A program made the translations under genes and the position numbers. Below the pieces are notes generated by a model. It did not search any database. It was given only the letters and a program-made list of their open reading frames with translations, and was not told the DNA's origin. From assembly GCA_963805625.1 (NCBI GenBank), contig CAWDVE010000024.1:96001-160000 (forward strand): a stretch of 64,000 nt of DNA. The letters run 5' to 3'. Positions 19,837 through 33,184 of the stretch are shown piece by piece. The stretch comes from an uncultured Candidatus Rokubacteria bacterium. Its GTDB lineage: Bacteria; Methylomirabilota; Methylomirabilia; Rokubacteriales; DASRDR01. The stretch's first letter is position 1. Each line of letters opens with the position of its first letter.

Positions 19837-19961
19837 GGACGCCTGGAAGGAACTAACTGACTGAAAACATTGGTTCTGAGGGGCTGAACGCCCGGCCCAA
19901 CCTGTCGTGAGAATTCACGGCGTCGCGAATCCTCGGCGCCGTCTCGCGACATCTAACGAGC

Positions 19962-21596
19962 ATGGATCTCCTGCCCGTGATTCTCGCCATGGCTCAGGCG
20001 GAAGGACCGACGTCGGTGCTGGGCCATGTGGTGGGGGCGGTGCTCGAGCACGACGAGATCGCGCTGGCACGCGTGTGGTTTCTCGATGACGAGGACTGCC
20101 CGGTCTGTCCCGTGCCCGGCGTCGAGCCCGAGGCCCCCGCTCTCCATCTCCGCGCCAGTGGCGGGAGTCCCGCTAGGCCGGTCATGGAGTCGAGTCGGAT
20201 CGAGGGGCCGTGTCATCGAGTGCCGATGCAGGCGCGGTCGAGGATCGCCGACTGTGCGGCGCAGCGGGAGCCGCTGCTGCTGTTCGAGCTCGATCAGGCT
20301 GGCGAGTGCGGCGTCGAGCCCGAGTTCGTGCGCCGAATGGCGCTTCGCGGGGGCGTGGCGTACCCGTTGCGCTTCAGAGACAAGGTCGTGGGCGTGCTCG
20401 CCGGCTATCTTCGAACACCCCCACAGGATGCGGGACAGCGCTGGCTGCCGACGTTGGCGGCTCATGCCGCGGTGGCCATCGGCAACTGCCGCGCGTTCCA
20501 GGAGATCAAGCGACTCCACCGGCGGCTCGAAATGGAGCGTGACTATCTACTCGAAGAACGCGGCCAGGCGGGCGCCTTCGAGGAGATCGTCGGCAAGAGC
20601 GAGGCGCTGGAAGGGTTGCTGCGCCAGGTGGAGCTGGTGGCGCCGACCGATGCGAATGTGCTCATCCAGGGTGAGTCGGGAACCGGGAAGGAACTCGTGG
20701 CGCGGGCGATTCACCAGCGAAGCCCCCGAGCCGCGCGAGCAATGGTCAAGGTCAATTGCGGGTCGATCCCCAAGGAGCTCTTCGAAAGCGAGTTCTTCGG
20801 GCATGTCAAGGGCGCGTTCACGGGAGCCATCCGCGATCGGGTCGGCCGCTTCCAGCTGGCCGACCGGGGCACGTTGTTCTTGGACGAGGTCGCCGAGATT
20901 CCGCTGGATCTGCAGGCCAAGCTCCTCCGCGTGCTCCAAGAGGGTGAGTTCGAACGCGTCGGGGAGGAGACCACTCACCGAGTCAGCACGCGCATCCTCG
21001 CCGCCACGAATCGAGACCTGCGCGCCGAGGTCGATGCCGGCCGGTTTCGGCTCGACCTATTCTACCGGCTGAGCGTGTTTCCGCTGCGGGTGCCGTCGCT
21101 GCGCGATCGACGGGAGGATATCCCGCTGCTGGTGGCCACGTTCGTGCATCAGGCCTGTCAGCGGCAGCACCGTCCGGTGCCGAGGGTGCCGCAACGAGAG
21201 CTCGACAAACTGATGGCGTACGACTGGCCCGGCAATATCCGCGAGCTGCAGCACGTCGTCGAGCGGGCCGTGATTCTCGCGTCTCGAGGGGTGCTGCAAT
21301 TCTTGGGGCTCGTGTCCGATGAGGCGCGGCGCGCTGAGCGAGCGCGCCCGGGCGCAGCCTCGAACCCCGAGTACTACACCGACAAGGAATGGCGACGGAT
21401 GGAGCGGGACAATCTGACAGCAGCGCTGCGGAAGGCTGGTGGGAGAGTGGCGGGTCCCGCGGGGGCGGCGGCGCTGCTGGGCATGAATGCGAACACGCTC
21501 GCCTCGCGGCTGCGTGCATTTGGACTTCGTCGAACCTACCGGAATGATCCGGCGATGCGTGCGGAGGGCGGATCAGACCGGGCTGGCGAGGATTAG
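19962..21596 (+). CDS. Sigma54-dependent activator (GAF, AAA+, HTH; FhlA-like)
   Basis: GESGTGKE, GAFTGA, LFLDEV, WPGNIREL; N-terminal GAF with a CPVC motif. Confidence 0.93.
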   Translation: MDLLPVILAMAQAEGPTSVLGHVVGAVLEHDEIALARVWFLDDEDCPVCPVPGVEPEAPALHLRASGGSPARPVMESSRIEGPCHRVPMQARSRIADCAAQREPLLLFELDQAGECGVEPEFVRRMALRGGVAYPLRFRDKVVGVLAGYLRTPPQDAGQRWLPTLAAHAAVAIGNCRAFQEIKRLHRRLEMERDYLLEERGQAGAFEEIVGKSEALEGLLRQVELVAPTDANVLIQGESGTGKELVARAIHQRSPRAARAMVKVNCGSIPKELFESEFFGHVKGAFTGAIRDRVGRFQLADRGTLFLDEVAEIPLDLQAKLLRVLQEGEFERVGEETTHRVSTRILAATNRDLRAEVDAGRFRLDLFYRLSVFPLRVPSLRDRREDIPLLVATFVHQACQRQHRPVPRVPQRELDKLMAYDWPGNIRELQHVVERAVILASRGVLQFLGLVSDEARRAERARPGAASNPEYYTDKEWRRMERDNLTAALRKAGGRVAGPAGAAALLGMNANTLASRLRAFGLRRTYRNDPAMRAEGGSDRAGED

Positions 21597-21714
21597 GCGA
21601 CGGTCGGGGTGCCCGTACTGCGTGGTCCCCGCCCAATCTGAGCTCCCGGCGCGATCCACAGAGCTGTTCCGCAGCTGACCGTGCTCCCCTGGGGCGGGAT
21701 CTGCCATCGTGCTG

Positions 21715-22439
21715 CTACCAGCCGGCACGTACCCAGGACATCCGGACGGGCTTGCACGCGGTCTCCATCCATGCCCGCAGCGTCTCGGACACGCTCCACG
21801 CTTGGGCGATGCACCCGCGCGGGCGGAAGGGGGGATCGCCCTCGAAGAGCTCGGCGATGCTGCCCACGCCGAAGTCGTCGAGGTGGTGCGCCAGCGGCTC
21901 GAGAAACGTCCGGGCCGCCGCCGGGTCGCCATAAACGCGCACGTGCGCCAGCACAAAGGGGCCGAGCAGCCACGCCCAGGCCGGCCCCTGACCAGCGTCT
22001 TGATCTCCACGTCCATCGGCCCGGCGGCTCGGATCAGCCGATATCGGACGTACGTCGTGTTGGCACCGGGCTCCATGAAGATGCGCTTCTCGAGTAGGGC
22101 GTCTGCACAGGCGTACGTCCAGACCGGGGTCGTCCCGTCGAGCCGGAACTCCTGGAGGTCCGCGTGGCCAGATGGTTCGACCGTGCCGTCAGCCCAGCGG
22201 TTGGCGAAGAGTGGGTGGGTGAGGCCGGCGTATTCGACCTGCTCGTCGACCTTGGCGACGAGCAGGGTGCGCCCGAGCGGTGGCTCGAGGGCGGCGACGA
22301 GGAGCCCGTGATAGCGTCGCGTGAGCACGCCCGGCACCGTGCCCGACGCGAAGCCGCCGATCCCGTTCGTGCAGAGCCACTCACGCGTTTCCGCCGTCGC
22401 CAGGTCGCCGCAGATCTCCCGCCCCCACGCGAGGTTCAT
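21715..22439 (-). pseudogene. Glycogen debranching enzyme (amylo-alpha-1,6-glucosidase), large internal deletion
   Basis: N-terminus REWLCTNGIGGFASGT..TRRYHGLL is joined near 21990 directly to the C-terminus QGPAWAWLLGPF..ELFEGDPPFRPRGCIAQAWSVSE in another frame. Confidence 0.85.
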
Positions 22440-23470
22440 GGCTGGACCACCTTCAGGGCATGTCCGTCGGGATCGCGGATCAGGACCCCCTTCGTGAAGC
22501 CGAGCTCCCGCTCGGGCGGCTCCGCGACGCTCGACGACAGGAGGGCGCAGGGGCCCCCGCGCACCGCGCGCGCCACGGCCTCCGCGTCGTCGCTGGCCAG
22601 GGTCGTCTGCCAGTGGACGAGGTCGTTGGATCGCGTATCGGCCGGGATCGGTCGCCCGTCTCGGGGTGTCACGTATTCGAGAAACTCGACGCTCGGGCCC
22701 GACGGCGCCCGCAGCGCCGTGATGCGAAGGTGGGCGCCGAACACGTTGTTCAGCCGCTCCTGCTCCGGGCCGTAGTTCTCGCTCTCGCCGGCGACCCGGA
22801 GCCCCAGGGTGTCCCGGTAGCACCTGAGGCTCACCTCGGTGTTGCCGACGACGATCGCCGTGTGGTCAATGCCGAGGAAGAGTCGATTGCTCGGCCGGTG
22901 CCACTTCGGATCGCCCTTGCCCGGTGGGAACCAGAGGACCTCGAGGGGGTGACCGTCCGGGTCCTTGAAGTAGAAGGCCCGGATCCCGCCCGCGTTCGGG
23001 TTCCAGTCCGGTAGGCGTTGAGGGACTGGCGAGGCGTGCTCCGCCCGGTGCTGCCGGAGCCACGCATAGGCGCGATCCATGTCGCTCACGATGATCGCGA
23101 TGTGCTGGAACCAGCGGTCGTGGCTCCGCGAGTCCACGGGGACCGGCCGCCCCCGGGGCGTCAGGTACTCCGTCAGCTCGATCGCCTCGTCGCCCAGCCG
23201 CATCCGCACGACACGCATCCGAAGCCCGAACACCCCCTCCAGCCGCTCATAGTTCTCGCCCCACACCTCGACATCCGAGACCGTCTCGAACCCCAGAACC
23301 TGGTGGTAGAAGGCGATCGATCGGTCCATATCGGAGACGGTCATCCCGACGGCATCGACCGCGCGGATGAGGCCCGCCGGTTGTGCGTCCGACGCACGCC
23401 CGGCCGGGAGCCCCAGCCCGGCAGCGAGGACGAGGAGTCCCAGCACCGCGATCCGCGATCGGGTGGTCAT
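22436..23470 (-). CDS. Secreted two-domain VOC/glyoxalase family protein
   Basis: Signal peptide; VGMTVSDMDRSIAFY, FQHIAIIVSD, FKDPDGHPLE, IDHTAI, RDPDGH. Confidence 0.88.
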   Translation of the reverse strand: MTTRSRIAVLGLLVLAAGLGLPAGRASDAQPAGLIRAVDAVGMTVSDMDRSIAFYHQVLGFETVSDVEVWGENYERLEGVFGLRMRVVRMRLGDEAIELTEYLTPRGRPVPVDSRSHDRWFQHIAIIVSDMDRAYAWLRQHRAEHASPVPQRLPDWNPNAGGIRAFYFKDPDGHPLEVLWFPPGKGDPKWHRPSNRLFLGIDHTAIVVGNTEVSLRCYRDTLGLRVAGESENYGPEQERLNNVFGAHLRITALRAPSGPSVEFLEYVTPRDGRPIPADTRSNDLVHWQTTLASDDAEAVARAVRGGPCALLSSSVAEPPERELGFTKGVLIRDPDGHALKVVQP

Positions 23471-23496
23471 GTCCGCTCTCCCTGGCGTCCGGGGCC

Positions 23497-25068
23497 TCAC
23501 CGGAGCCGCTCGAGCAGGTGGTCTCCCACCCGGAGGGCATTCGCCATGACGGTAAGGGCGGGGTTCACCGCGCCGCTCGACGGGAAGACGCTGGCGTCCA
23601 CGACGTAGAGGTTGCCCACCTCGTGGGCTCGGCAGTTCTGGTCCAACGCGGACGTCTTCGGGTCGCGACCGAACCGCACCGTCCCGTTCTGATGGGCGAC
23701 GCCCGCGAGCGGAATGCGTTGGCCGAGGTAGAGGCTCCGGGCGAAGAGCCCCTCGTGACACTCGTGGCCGTGGACCGTGCAGCGCGTCTGCTGCTTCATG
23801 AGGTGCTTCAGCTTGTCGATGAGCCGGGTATGCCCTTCCTCGTTGTTCGGCTGGTAGCTGAGCACGATGTTGCCGGCCCGATCGAGGGTCACCCGGTTGT
23901 TCGGATCCGGGAGATCCTCCGAGGTGAGCCAGAAGTCCAGCGAGTGCTTGGCCATCAGGTCGAGGGTCCAACCCGGGGCGACGGCGGGCGCCCCAGCCTT
24001 CAGCGTGTCCCCGTCGAGCTTGCCGACGAAGGAGATGTGCCCCATCGGGAACTCCCACTCGGACGAGCCGAAGTAGAAGTCGTTCACCGCGAGCGTCTTC
24101 TGGAAGACGGTCGGGTTCGGACACTTCGAGAGGGCCATCAGCACCGAGTTGACATGACCCATGTAGTGACGGCCCACGACGTCCGAGCCGTTGGCCAGCC
24201 CGTGCGGATGCTTGTCGGTGGCCGACCGGAGCAGGAGCGCCGCCGAGTTGATGGCGCCGCACGACACGACGACCACGTCGGCCGAGTAGACTTCCTTGGC
24301 CCCCTGGCGTTCGACGATCACGCGCGTCACCTCGCCGCCCGAGGGGCTGGTCTCCAGCCGGGAGACGTAGGCCCCGGTCCGGAGTGTGACGTTCGGGTGC
24401 TCGAGCGCAGGATCCACGCAGAGCACCTGGGCATCGGCCTTCGCGTAGACGAGGCACGGATGGCCATCGCAGGTGCCGCAGCGGATGCAGCGGCTCTTCC
24501 GGGGGTTCTGCTCGTCGAGCAGAACGCCGAGCGGCACGTGAAACGGTCGGAGCCCCAGGCGGGCGAAGTCGTCACTGAGCTGCTGCATACGAGGCTCGTG
24601 GCTGACCACCGGGTGGGGGTACGGCGTGCTGGCCGGGGGGTCGGTCGGGTCCTCCCCCCGCCGACCGTGCACGTGATAGAGCTGCTCGGCCTGCGTGTAG
24701 TAGGGCTCCAGGTCCTCGTAGTGAATGGGCCACGCGGGCGAGATTCCGCCCCAGTGTTTGAGCTCCCCGAAGTCCTCCCGGCGCAGCCGAAAGAGCGCGG
24801 CCCCGTAGAACTTGGTGTTGCCCCCGACCCAGTAGTTCGTGTGGGGATGGAGCGGCTCGCCGTCCGTGGTGCGCCAGACCTCCTTGGTGTTGTACTTCCC
24901 CTCGAGGTTGACGGCCCGCGTGCTCCAGTTGTCCTTCTCGCGCGGGACATAATCGCCCCGCTCGAGGAGCAGGATGCGCTTGCCCGAGGGAGCCAGACGA
25001 TGGGCCAGCGTGCCGCCGCCGGCCCCGGTTCCGATGATGATCACGTCGTAGCGGCTCGTCTCGTTCAT
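23497..25068 (-). CDS. GMC family oxidoreductase
   Basis: YDVIIIGTGAGGG, VGGNTKFYG, HQNGTVRFG, NLYVVDASVFP, NPALT. Confidence 0.95.
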   Translation of the reverse strand: MNETSRYDVIIIGTGAGGGTLAHRLAPSGKRILLLERGDYVPREKDNWSTRAVNLEGKYNTKEVWRTTDGEPLHPHTNYWVGGNTKFYGAALFRLRREDFGELKHWGGISPAWPIHYEDLEPYYTQAEQLYHVHGRRGEDPTDPPASTPYPHPVVSHEPRMQQLSDDFARLGLRPFHVPLGVLLDEQNPRKSRCIRCGTCDGHPCLVYAKADAQVLCVDPALEHPNVTLRTGAYVSRLETSPSGGEVTRVIVERQGAKEVYSADVVVVSCGAINSAALLLRSATDKHPHGLANGSDVVGRHYMGHVNSVLMALSKCPNPTVFQKTLAVNDFYFGSSEWEFPMGHISFVGKLDGDTLKAGAPAVAPGWTLDLMAKHSLDFWLTSEDLPDPNNRVTLDRAGNIVLSYQPNNEEGHTRLIDKLKHLMKQQTRCTVHGHECHEGLFARSLYLGQRIPLAGVAHQNGTVRFGRDPKTSALDQNCRAHEVGNLYVVDASVFPSSGAVNPALTVMANALRVGDHLLERLR

Positions 25069-25099
25069 GGACGCCTCCCTTGGAGTAGGCGGAGTTGAA

Positions 25100-26110
25100 T
25101 CAGCTTCGACGACCTAGGCGCTTAGATGCGAGCGCCCGGTGCCGAGGTTCCCGCGCGTCGTCCCGAGTGGTCAGCTCCCGACCGCCGCGCCCGTATTGAG
25201 CCGAACCCCCGCCCCCCGCCAGCCCAATCCCAGCCCGTAGAGCCCACGAAACCCGAGGGCCGTTCCGAAGAGGAACGGGCCGAGCACGTCCAGACCGAGA
25301 TGGCGGGCCAGGACGCCGGCGGCTCCCGGAAGGGCGGCGGTCCCCAGGTAGAACGCGGCAACCTGGAAGCCAATTGCGTGGGTGGCGCGGGTCGTCCCTA
25401 CCCGCTCGGGCGTAGTTGCGACCAGGAGCGGGAAGATCGGCGCCCCCGACTGCCAGTCCGGCGTAGACGAAGAAGAGGCCGACGTTCAGCCAGACCGCGG
25501 GTTGCCGGAGCGCTTCGCCGATCCCAGGGGCCATGCGAGCGAGCGGCGCCGGTCCTTTCTCCCCCGCCCAGCGACCCTCCGTCGGGACGAAGCCGATGGT
25601 CATGGTCGCCAGCACGACCCCGATCAGGCCATAGGCCATCCGCCACGATCCCGTGGCGCCGAGGACGGCGCCGGTCAGCAGGGTGGCCCCGATGCCTTAG
25701 CTCGCGTGCAGCCAGGTCGTCACGCGGGCCGAGAGGTGCGCGGCGGCGAAAGCGTTAATCCCGGCGTCGATTGCCCCGCGCCCAGGCCAGCCACGACGGC
25801 GCTCACGACGACGACCTCCCAGACGGGGGCCAGCGCTTAGGCGAGAGCGCTGGCCGCCGTGGGGGCGCTGCTCGCCGCCAGGACCCGGCCGAGGCCCATC
25901 CGCGCAACGAGGGCCTCGCTGGCGAAGCTCGATGCGAGGTAGCCGACCATGGCGGCAGTCAGGCGGCCGCCGAGCGGCTCATCGGCAACGCGAAGCTGCC
26001 TCGCATGGACGGCCACGCCACGCCGAGGACGCCGTCGGGCAGCCCGAGACTGAAAAATGCGAGTAGCGCGATCAGGCTCAGCGACCGGCCGGATCGGCTC
26101 GATGCGTCGC
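25100..26110 (-). pseudogene. MFS transporter, fragmented
   Basis: Pieces AFFSLGLPDGVLGVAWPSMR, IDAGINAFAA..WLHA, and [16 protein letters not shown] lie in different frames, with stops and deletions. Confidence 0.75.
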
Positions 26111-26113
26111 TCC

Positions 26114-27581
26114 TCACGGCTGGGTTCGCAGAGCCTGGCTGGGCGCTCTGCTGCGCGGCGAGTCGAGCAGGCGAAACAGGAGATTGTCGGTGAAGCCCAG
26201 ATCCTGGGTCAGGGCCAGATGGTCCGAGAAGAGGAAGGTTACGCTGCTCCACGCGATCGGGGACGCCAGCCCCGGCGTCCACGCCTGACCGACCCGCTCG
26301 TCCAGCACGGCACTAGTCCGGAGCACCGTCCCGTCCCCCGGTCCCTGCTCGCGAACGGCGAGCTGGCCGGAGGCGGGGTCCACGGCCAGCCGGGCCGCGG
26401 TCGGCTTCGCGTCGCCGGCGAAGAGGTGGACGTCGAGGCCCGTCGGCGGCGTCGCCAGGCGGTCGAGAGCCGCATGGAGCTGCTTCGCCCGAGCGAGCGC
26501 CTTGCGAAGATGATCCCGGGCGATTTGCTGACGGGCGGCGGGCTCGGAGACATCGGGCAGGAGCCACGCCAGTGCGGGGTCGCGCTCGGCCGCCAGTCCC
26601 CAGCCGAACCGCTCCCAGACGGCGGGGTCGAACACGTCGAGATCGCGGGCATCCGCTCCCTGGCCTTCGACGACGGCGCCATGTCGCATCCGCGGCAGGA
26701 GCCGGTAGATGGACGGCATGGGTGCCGAGCACGGCGGCCGGGTAGCGCGGCAAGATGGGGGCGAACCGTCGGCCCTCGACGAGCTGGATCAAGGCGTCGG
26801 CAGACCCGGCGTTCGGCGTCCCGATCAAGATCACGCGGTTCACGTACGCGGCGCCAGCCCAGGTTAGCGGCGGGAGGGAGCCGTCCGCCGGCAGGTCGAC
26901 GGGTCCATGGCGGAGGTAGTACCGGGTGAGCAGCCCCCCCATCGAGTGGGCGACGATGTCGAACTTGAGGTCGGGCCGATCGATCCCGTAGCGCCGCTTG
27001 AGCTCGGCGATCACGTAGGCTCGCTTCTCCAAGATGAATTCGTGGAGCCGTCGCGCGTTCTCCACGTTGTCCCGCCGCCAGTCATACGGGAACTGGAAGC
27101 AGGTGAAGTGCCCGGGGCCATAGTCGAGCTGGCCCATGCGGCCGAGGGTCTCGTCCCGATAGCCGCCAACGCCGAGCGTTCGCAGGATGTAAAGATAGGC
27201 CTGCGGCTCGATCGGCAGCCCGAGGAGGCTCACGCGCACGCGATCCAGCACGCCCGTCGGCTCCACGGTGTCACGGAGCTCGGCGAGGGGACGCCCCTCG
27301 GCCATCGGGAGCGCGACGAGCCGGGCGCCGTCCGGTCGGCTCGGGTTCGCGTAGGTGCCAGCGAACGCGCCCCACACCACCCGGCCGGTGCCCGGATCCA
27401 TGAGCTTCGAGCCGCCGATGCCGGGCACCACGATCACGGGGTTGCGAGTGGCGTCTCCGCCCTGGGCCGCGCGGTTGTAGAGGCCCCCAAGGTCTGGCGC
27501 CGGTGCGAGGCTGGCGGCGCAGCCCGCCATGAGCCCTGCGGCTACCAGCGCGCCGATCGCGGATCTGCGGATCCTCGGCAT
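26114..27581 (-). pseudogene. Lipoprotein lipase/acyltransferase (LCAT-like alpha/beta hydrolase), frameshifted near 26720
   Basis: Lipobox LMAGC, VIVVPGIGGS, YDWR, AHSMGG, GTPNAGS; continues as MPSIYRLLP..PGDGTV..DH in another frame. Could also be a sequencing error. Confidence 0.75.
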
Positions 27582-27646
27582 GACGCCCCTTTCCGAGCCA
27601 CGTGAGCGGCCCCGCTCGTGTGGCTTTCTCTCGTCAGACGCTCGGG

Positions 27647-28252
27647 CTAGACGAGCCAGCGTAGCCACCCCGCGCGCCGGTTGCCCCGTGCCGCCGCGCG
27701 ATCGAGCGGGGGCGCCAGGAACCCGTCGACGCCGAAGCTCCGCCCGGCGTCGGTCAGGAGGAAGAGCGCGGGGAACATGAGGAGCATCGTGTAGGTCCAG
27801 CCCCACTCGTTCGGGACATTCAGGATGCTGACCGTGATGTTGGCGGCCATGCCGATCGCCACGAGGGACCCCAGCCGGGCGCCGAGCCCGAGGATCAGCG
27901 TCACGGCGATGAAGGTTTCGGTGCAGAGCGTCATCCAGCCGAAGAAGGTCCAGTGGGGGATCACGACGTTGAGCTGGAAGTCCTTGTAGGCGTTCAGCGT
28001 CGGGTGCTGGATGCCCTGCTGGAACCAGTACCAGAGGCCGCCGCCGGACTTCCGGCCGAAGTCGTCGGAGGGTACCTTCCAGGCGGACTGTTGCCACCAG
28101 AGGTACCCGTAGAGGATTCGGGCTAGCCCGAGCGGCCACAGGGGGGCCGTGGCCCGGAGCCAGCCCGTGCGCGGACGATCCTCCGCCGGCGCCGCGTGGC
28201 CATTTCGTGCGGATCCCATCGTGACCGGCTCGGTCTGCAGTGTGGTTGGCAA
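27647..28252 (-). CDS. DoxD/TQO small subunit-like membrane protein (copy 1)
   Basis: LARILYGYLWWQQSAWKVP, E...LILGLGARLG, EWGWTY, AGRSFGVD. Confidence 0.8.
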   Translation of the reverse strand: MPTTLQTEPVTMGSARNGHAAPAEDRPRTGWLRATAPLWPLGLARILYGYLWWQQSAWKVPSDDFGRKSGGGLWYWFQQGIQHPTLNAYKDFQLNVVIPHWTFFGWMTLCTETFIAVTLILGLGARLGSLVAIGMAANITVSILNVPNEWGWTYTMLLMFPALFLLTDAGRSFGVDGFLAPPLDRAAARGNRRAGWLRWLV

Positions 28253-28276
28253 GGCGTTCCTTCCCCGCGCCGCCCG

Positions 28277-29170
28277 TCAGCGGGCGGGCGCGCCGTAGTT
28301 GCAGCGAAAGATGCAACGTTGTTCATTGTCATGGTGGAGCTTGGCGCACAGGACCGCGGGCAGGCCTCGGGTCGCGAGGTAGAGCTGGGCTGCGGCGAGC
28401 ATGCCTAGGAGCGGCGCGGTGAAGTACACCCAGAGCGCGGTCCACACGTGGGCGTGGACGGCCGAGCCCACGGTGCGCGCCGGATTCAGGCTCATCCCCG
28501 AGAGCGGCGCCTCGAGGACGATGTAACTGGCGACGAGCGCCCCGGCGAAGAATCCCGTGAAGCGGTTCAGGCCGGGCCGGTTGGTGACCGTCAGGATCAC
28601 TGTCATGAGCGCGAACGTCATGAGGAACTCCGCGCCGAACGCCACGCCGACGCCGCCCGCGCCGGGTACCGTGGCCGCGTAGTTCACGGCAGGGTGCGCG
28701 AGCCGCAGGCCGAGCGCGGCCGCGGCGACGGCGACTCCGATGATCCCGCCGACGAACTGCGCCGCGACGTAGAAGACCGCATCCCAGGCCTTCACCTTGC
28801 CCAGACGCCAGAAGGTCACCGTGAGTGCGGGGTTCAGATGGGCGCCCGACCGTTGCCCCCACCGCGAGTAAACGATGGTCACGGCAGTCAGTCCCATCGC
28901 GAACCCCATCGGGATCCGCCGCAGCATGGCGTTCATCACCGTCTGCCGGACCGGCGAGCTCGGGTACTCCAGCAGCGTGGCGAACAGGCAGGCTGACACC
29001 ATGAAGAAGCCCAGCCCGACCGCCTCGATCAGATACTCGGGCCAGTGCTGGCGGAGGGCACCCAGCGCGCCGTCGTCCGATCGAGGCAGGGCGGTCTGAG
29101 TTATCGCTTCGGGGCGATTGGCCGCACGTGGTTCGGCCTCAGCCCTCAGCGCGATGACATAATCGTTCAC
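28277..29170 (-). CDS. Aquaporin (MIP family)
   Basis: SGAHLNPA and SLNPART; GTGA overlap with the upstream gene. Confidence 0.93.
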   Translation of the reverse strand: MNDYVIALRAEAEPRAANRPEAITQTALPRSDDGALGALRQHWPEYLIEAVGLGFFMVSACLFATLLEYPSSPVRQTVMNAMLRRIPMGFAMGLTAVTIVYSRWGQRSGAHLNPALTVTFWRLGKVKAWDAVFYVAAQFVGGIIGVAVAAAALGLRLAHPAVNYAATVPGAGGVGVAFGAEFLMTFALMTVILTVTNRPGLNRFTGFFAGALVASYIVLEAPLSGMSLNPARTVGSAVHAHVWTALWVYFTAPLLGMLAAAQLYLATRGLPAVLCAKLHHDNEQRCIFRCNYGAPAR

Positions 29171-30507
29171 CCGCGGCTCCCCACAGATGCCGCTGACCGG
29201 GGCCCGGCCTCTGCCCGTGACATCGTCGGCGCGCGCTGCGTCCGAAACTGGACCAGATCCTTCGAGAAGACGATGTCGAGCAGCCAGTCGAGCGCGACGC
29301 GAACCTTCTTCTCGAGCCGGGGCAGCTTCGACAGGTAGATCGTCCGCCACAGCCACCACGCGACAAATCCCGAGAAATTGACGCCCAGGATCTGGGCGAC
29401 CCCGGTCCGCCGGCCGATCGACGCGAGGAGCCCGATCGTCTTGAACGCGAACGTCTTCTTCTGACCGCTACCGATCGTGGCCAGGATGTTCTCGGCCACC
29501 ACCCGACCCTGGCGCAGCGCGTGCTGCGCGGTGGGAGGATACGGTCGTCCCGTGGGATCCTGGATGACGGCACAGTCCCCGAGGGCCCACACGCCGGGCC
29601 AACCGGGGACTTCCATGAAGGCGTTGGCGACCAGCCGTCCCCGCTCCTTCTGGCAGGGCAGGGCCGCCAGCAGGGGATTCGGCGCGGTCCCGGCCGTCCA
29701 CACCAGCGTGTTCGCCGGGATCGCGGTGCCGTCGCCGAGTTTCACGCCGACCTCCGACATGCCCGCGATCTTCGTGTTCACTCGGATGTCGACCTTCCGC
29801 TCGGTGAGCTTGCGCTGGGCGTAGGTGCCGAGTCGCTCGCCGAGCTCGGGCAGGATGACCGGGCCGTCGTGCACCAGCACGACGCGCAGCTGGGCTTCGG
29901 TGAGGTTGGGATAGAATCGCAGCGCCTCTCGCACGAAGTCGTTCACGGCCGCTACCGTCTCGACCCCCGCGAAGCCGCCGCCGGCGACGACGAACGTGAG
30001 GAGCGGCACCTTGACGCGGCAGCACTCGGGGTCGGCCTCCTCCAGGCACTCGATCAGGCGGTTCCGCAGCGCGATGGCGTCGCCCAGCGACTTCATGGTG
30101 AGCGCGCGCTCCTCGACGCCCGGCAGGTTGTAGAAATTCGTGATGGCCCCCAGACCGATCACCAGATGGTCGTAGTCCAGTTCGTGGCCGTGCGCGTCAC
30201 CGCCGTGCGACACGGCCACCCGGCGCGCCTCGAGGTCGATCGCCTCCACCTCGCCCTGGACAAACTTCACGCGGCGGAGGAGCGTCCGGATCGGACTGAC
30301 GATGTCCGTGATGTCGAGGTCGCTGGCGGCGACCTCGTGGAGCATCGGTGTGAACAGGAAGAAGTTCTCACGGTTGACGAGAGTGACCTCGAGCGCCGCG
30401 CCCCGGGCGAGCGCCTTCTCGAGCCGGAGGGCGGCGTAGATGCCACCGAAGCCACCCCCGAGAATCACGACCCGTGTGCGCGCCCCGCCGTTCATGCGGG
30501 TCTCCAT
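29167..30507 (-). CDS. ndh: Type II NADH dehydrogenase-like FAD oxidoreductase
   Basis: VVILGGGFGG, LFTPML, second GGGFAGVE motif, WTAG, ALGD, TAQHA. Confidence 0.88.
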   Translation of the reverse strand: METRMNGGARTRVVILGGGFGGIYAALRLEKALARGAALEVTLVNRENFFLFTPMLHEVAASDLDITDIVSPIRTLLRRVKFVQGEVEAIDLEARRVAVSHGGDAHGHELDYDHLVIGLGAITNFYNLPGVEERALTMKSLGDAIALRNRLIECLEEADPECCRVKVPLLTFVVAGGGFAGVETVAAVNDFVREALRFYPNLTEAQLRVVLVHDGPVILPELGERLGTYAQRKLTERKVDIRVNTKIAGMSEVGVKLGDGTAIPANTLVWTAGTAPNPLLAALPCQKERGRLVANAFMEVPGWPGVWALGDCAVIQDPTGRPYPPTAQHALRQGRVVAENILATIGSGQKKTFAFKTIGLLASIGRRTGVAQILGVNFSGFVAWWLWRTIYLSKLPRLEKKVRVALDWLLDIVFSKDLVQFRTQRAPTMSRAEAGPRSAASVGSRG

Positions 30508-30517
30508 GGCCGTGGCC

Positions 30518-33163
<2,646 letters not shown>

Positions 33164-33184
33164 GGTTTGGTCCCCCCTAGCGCC

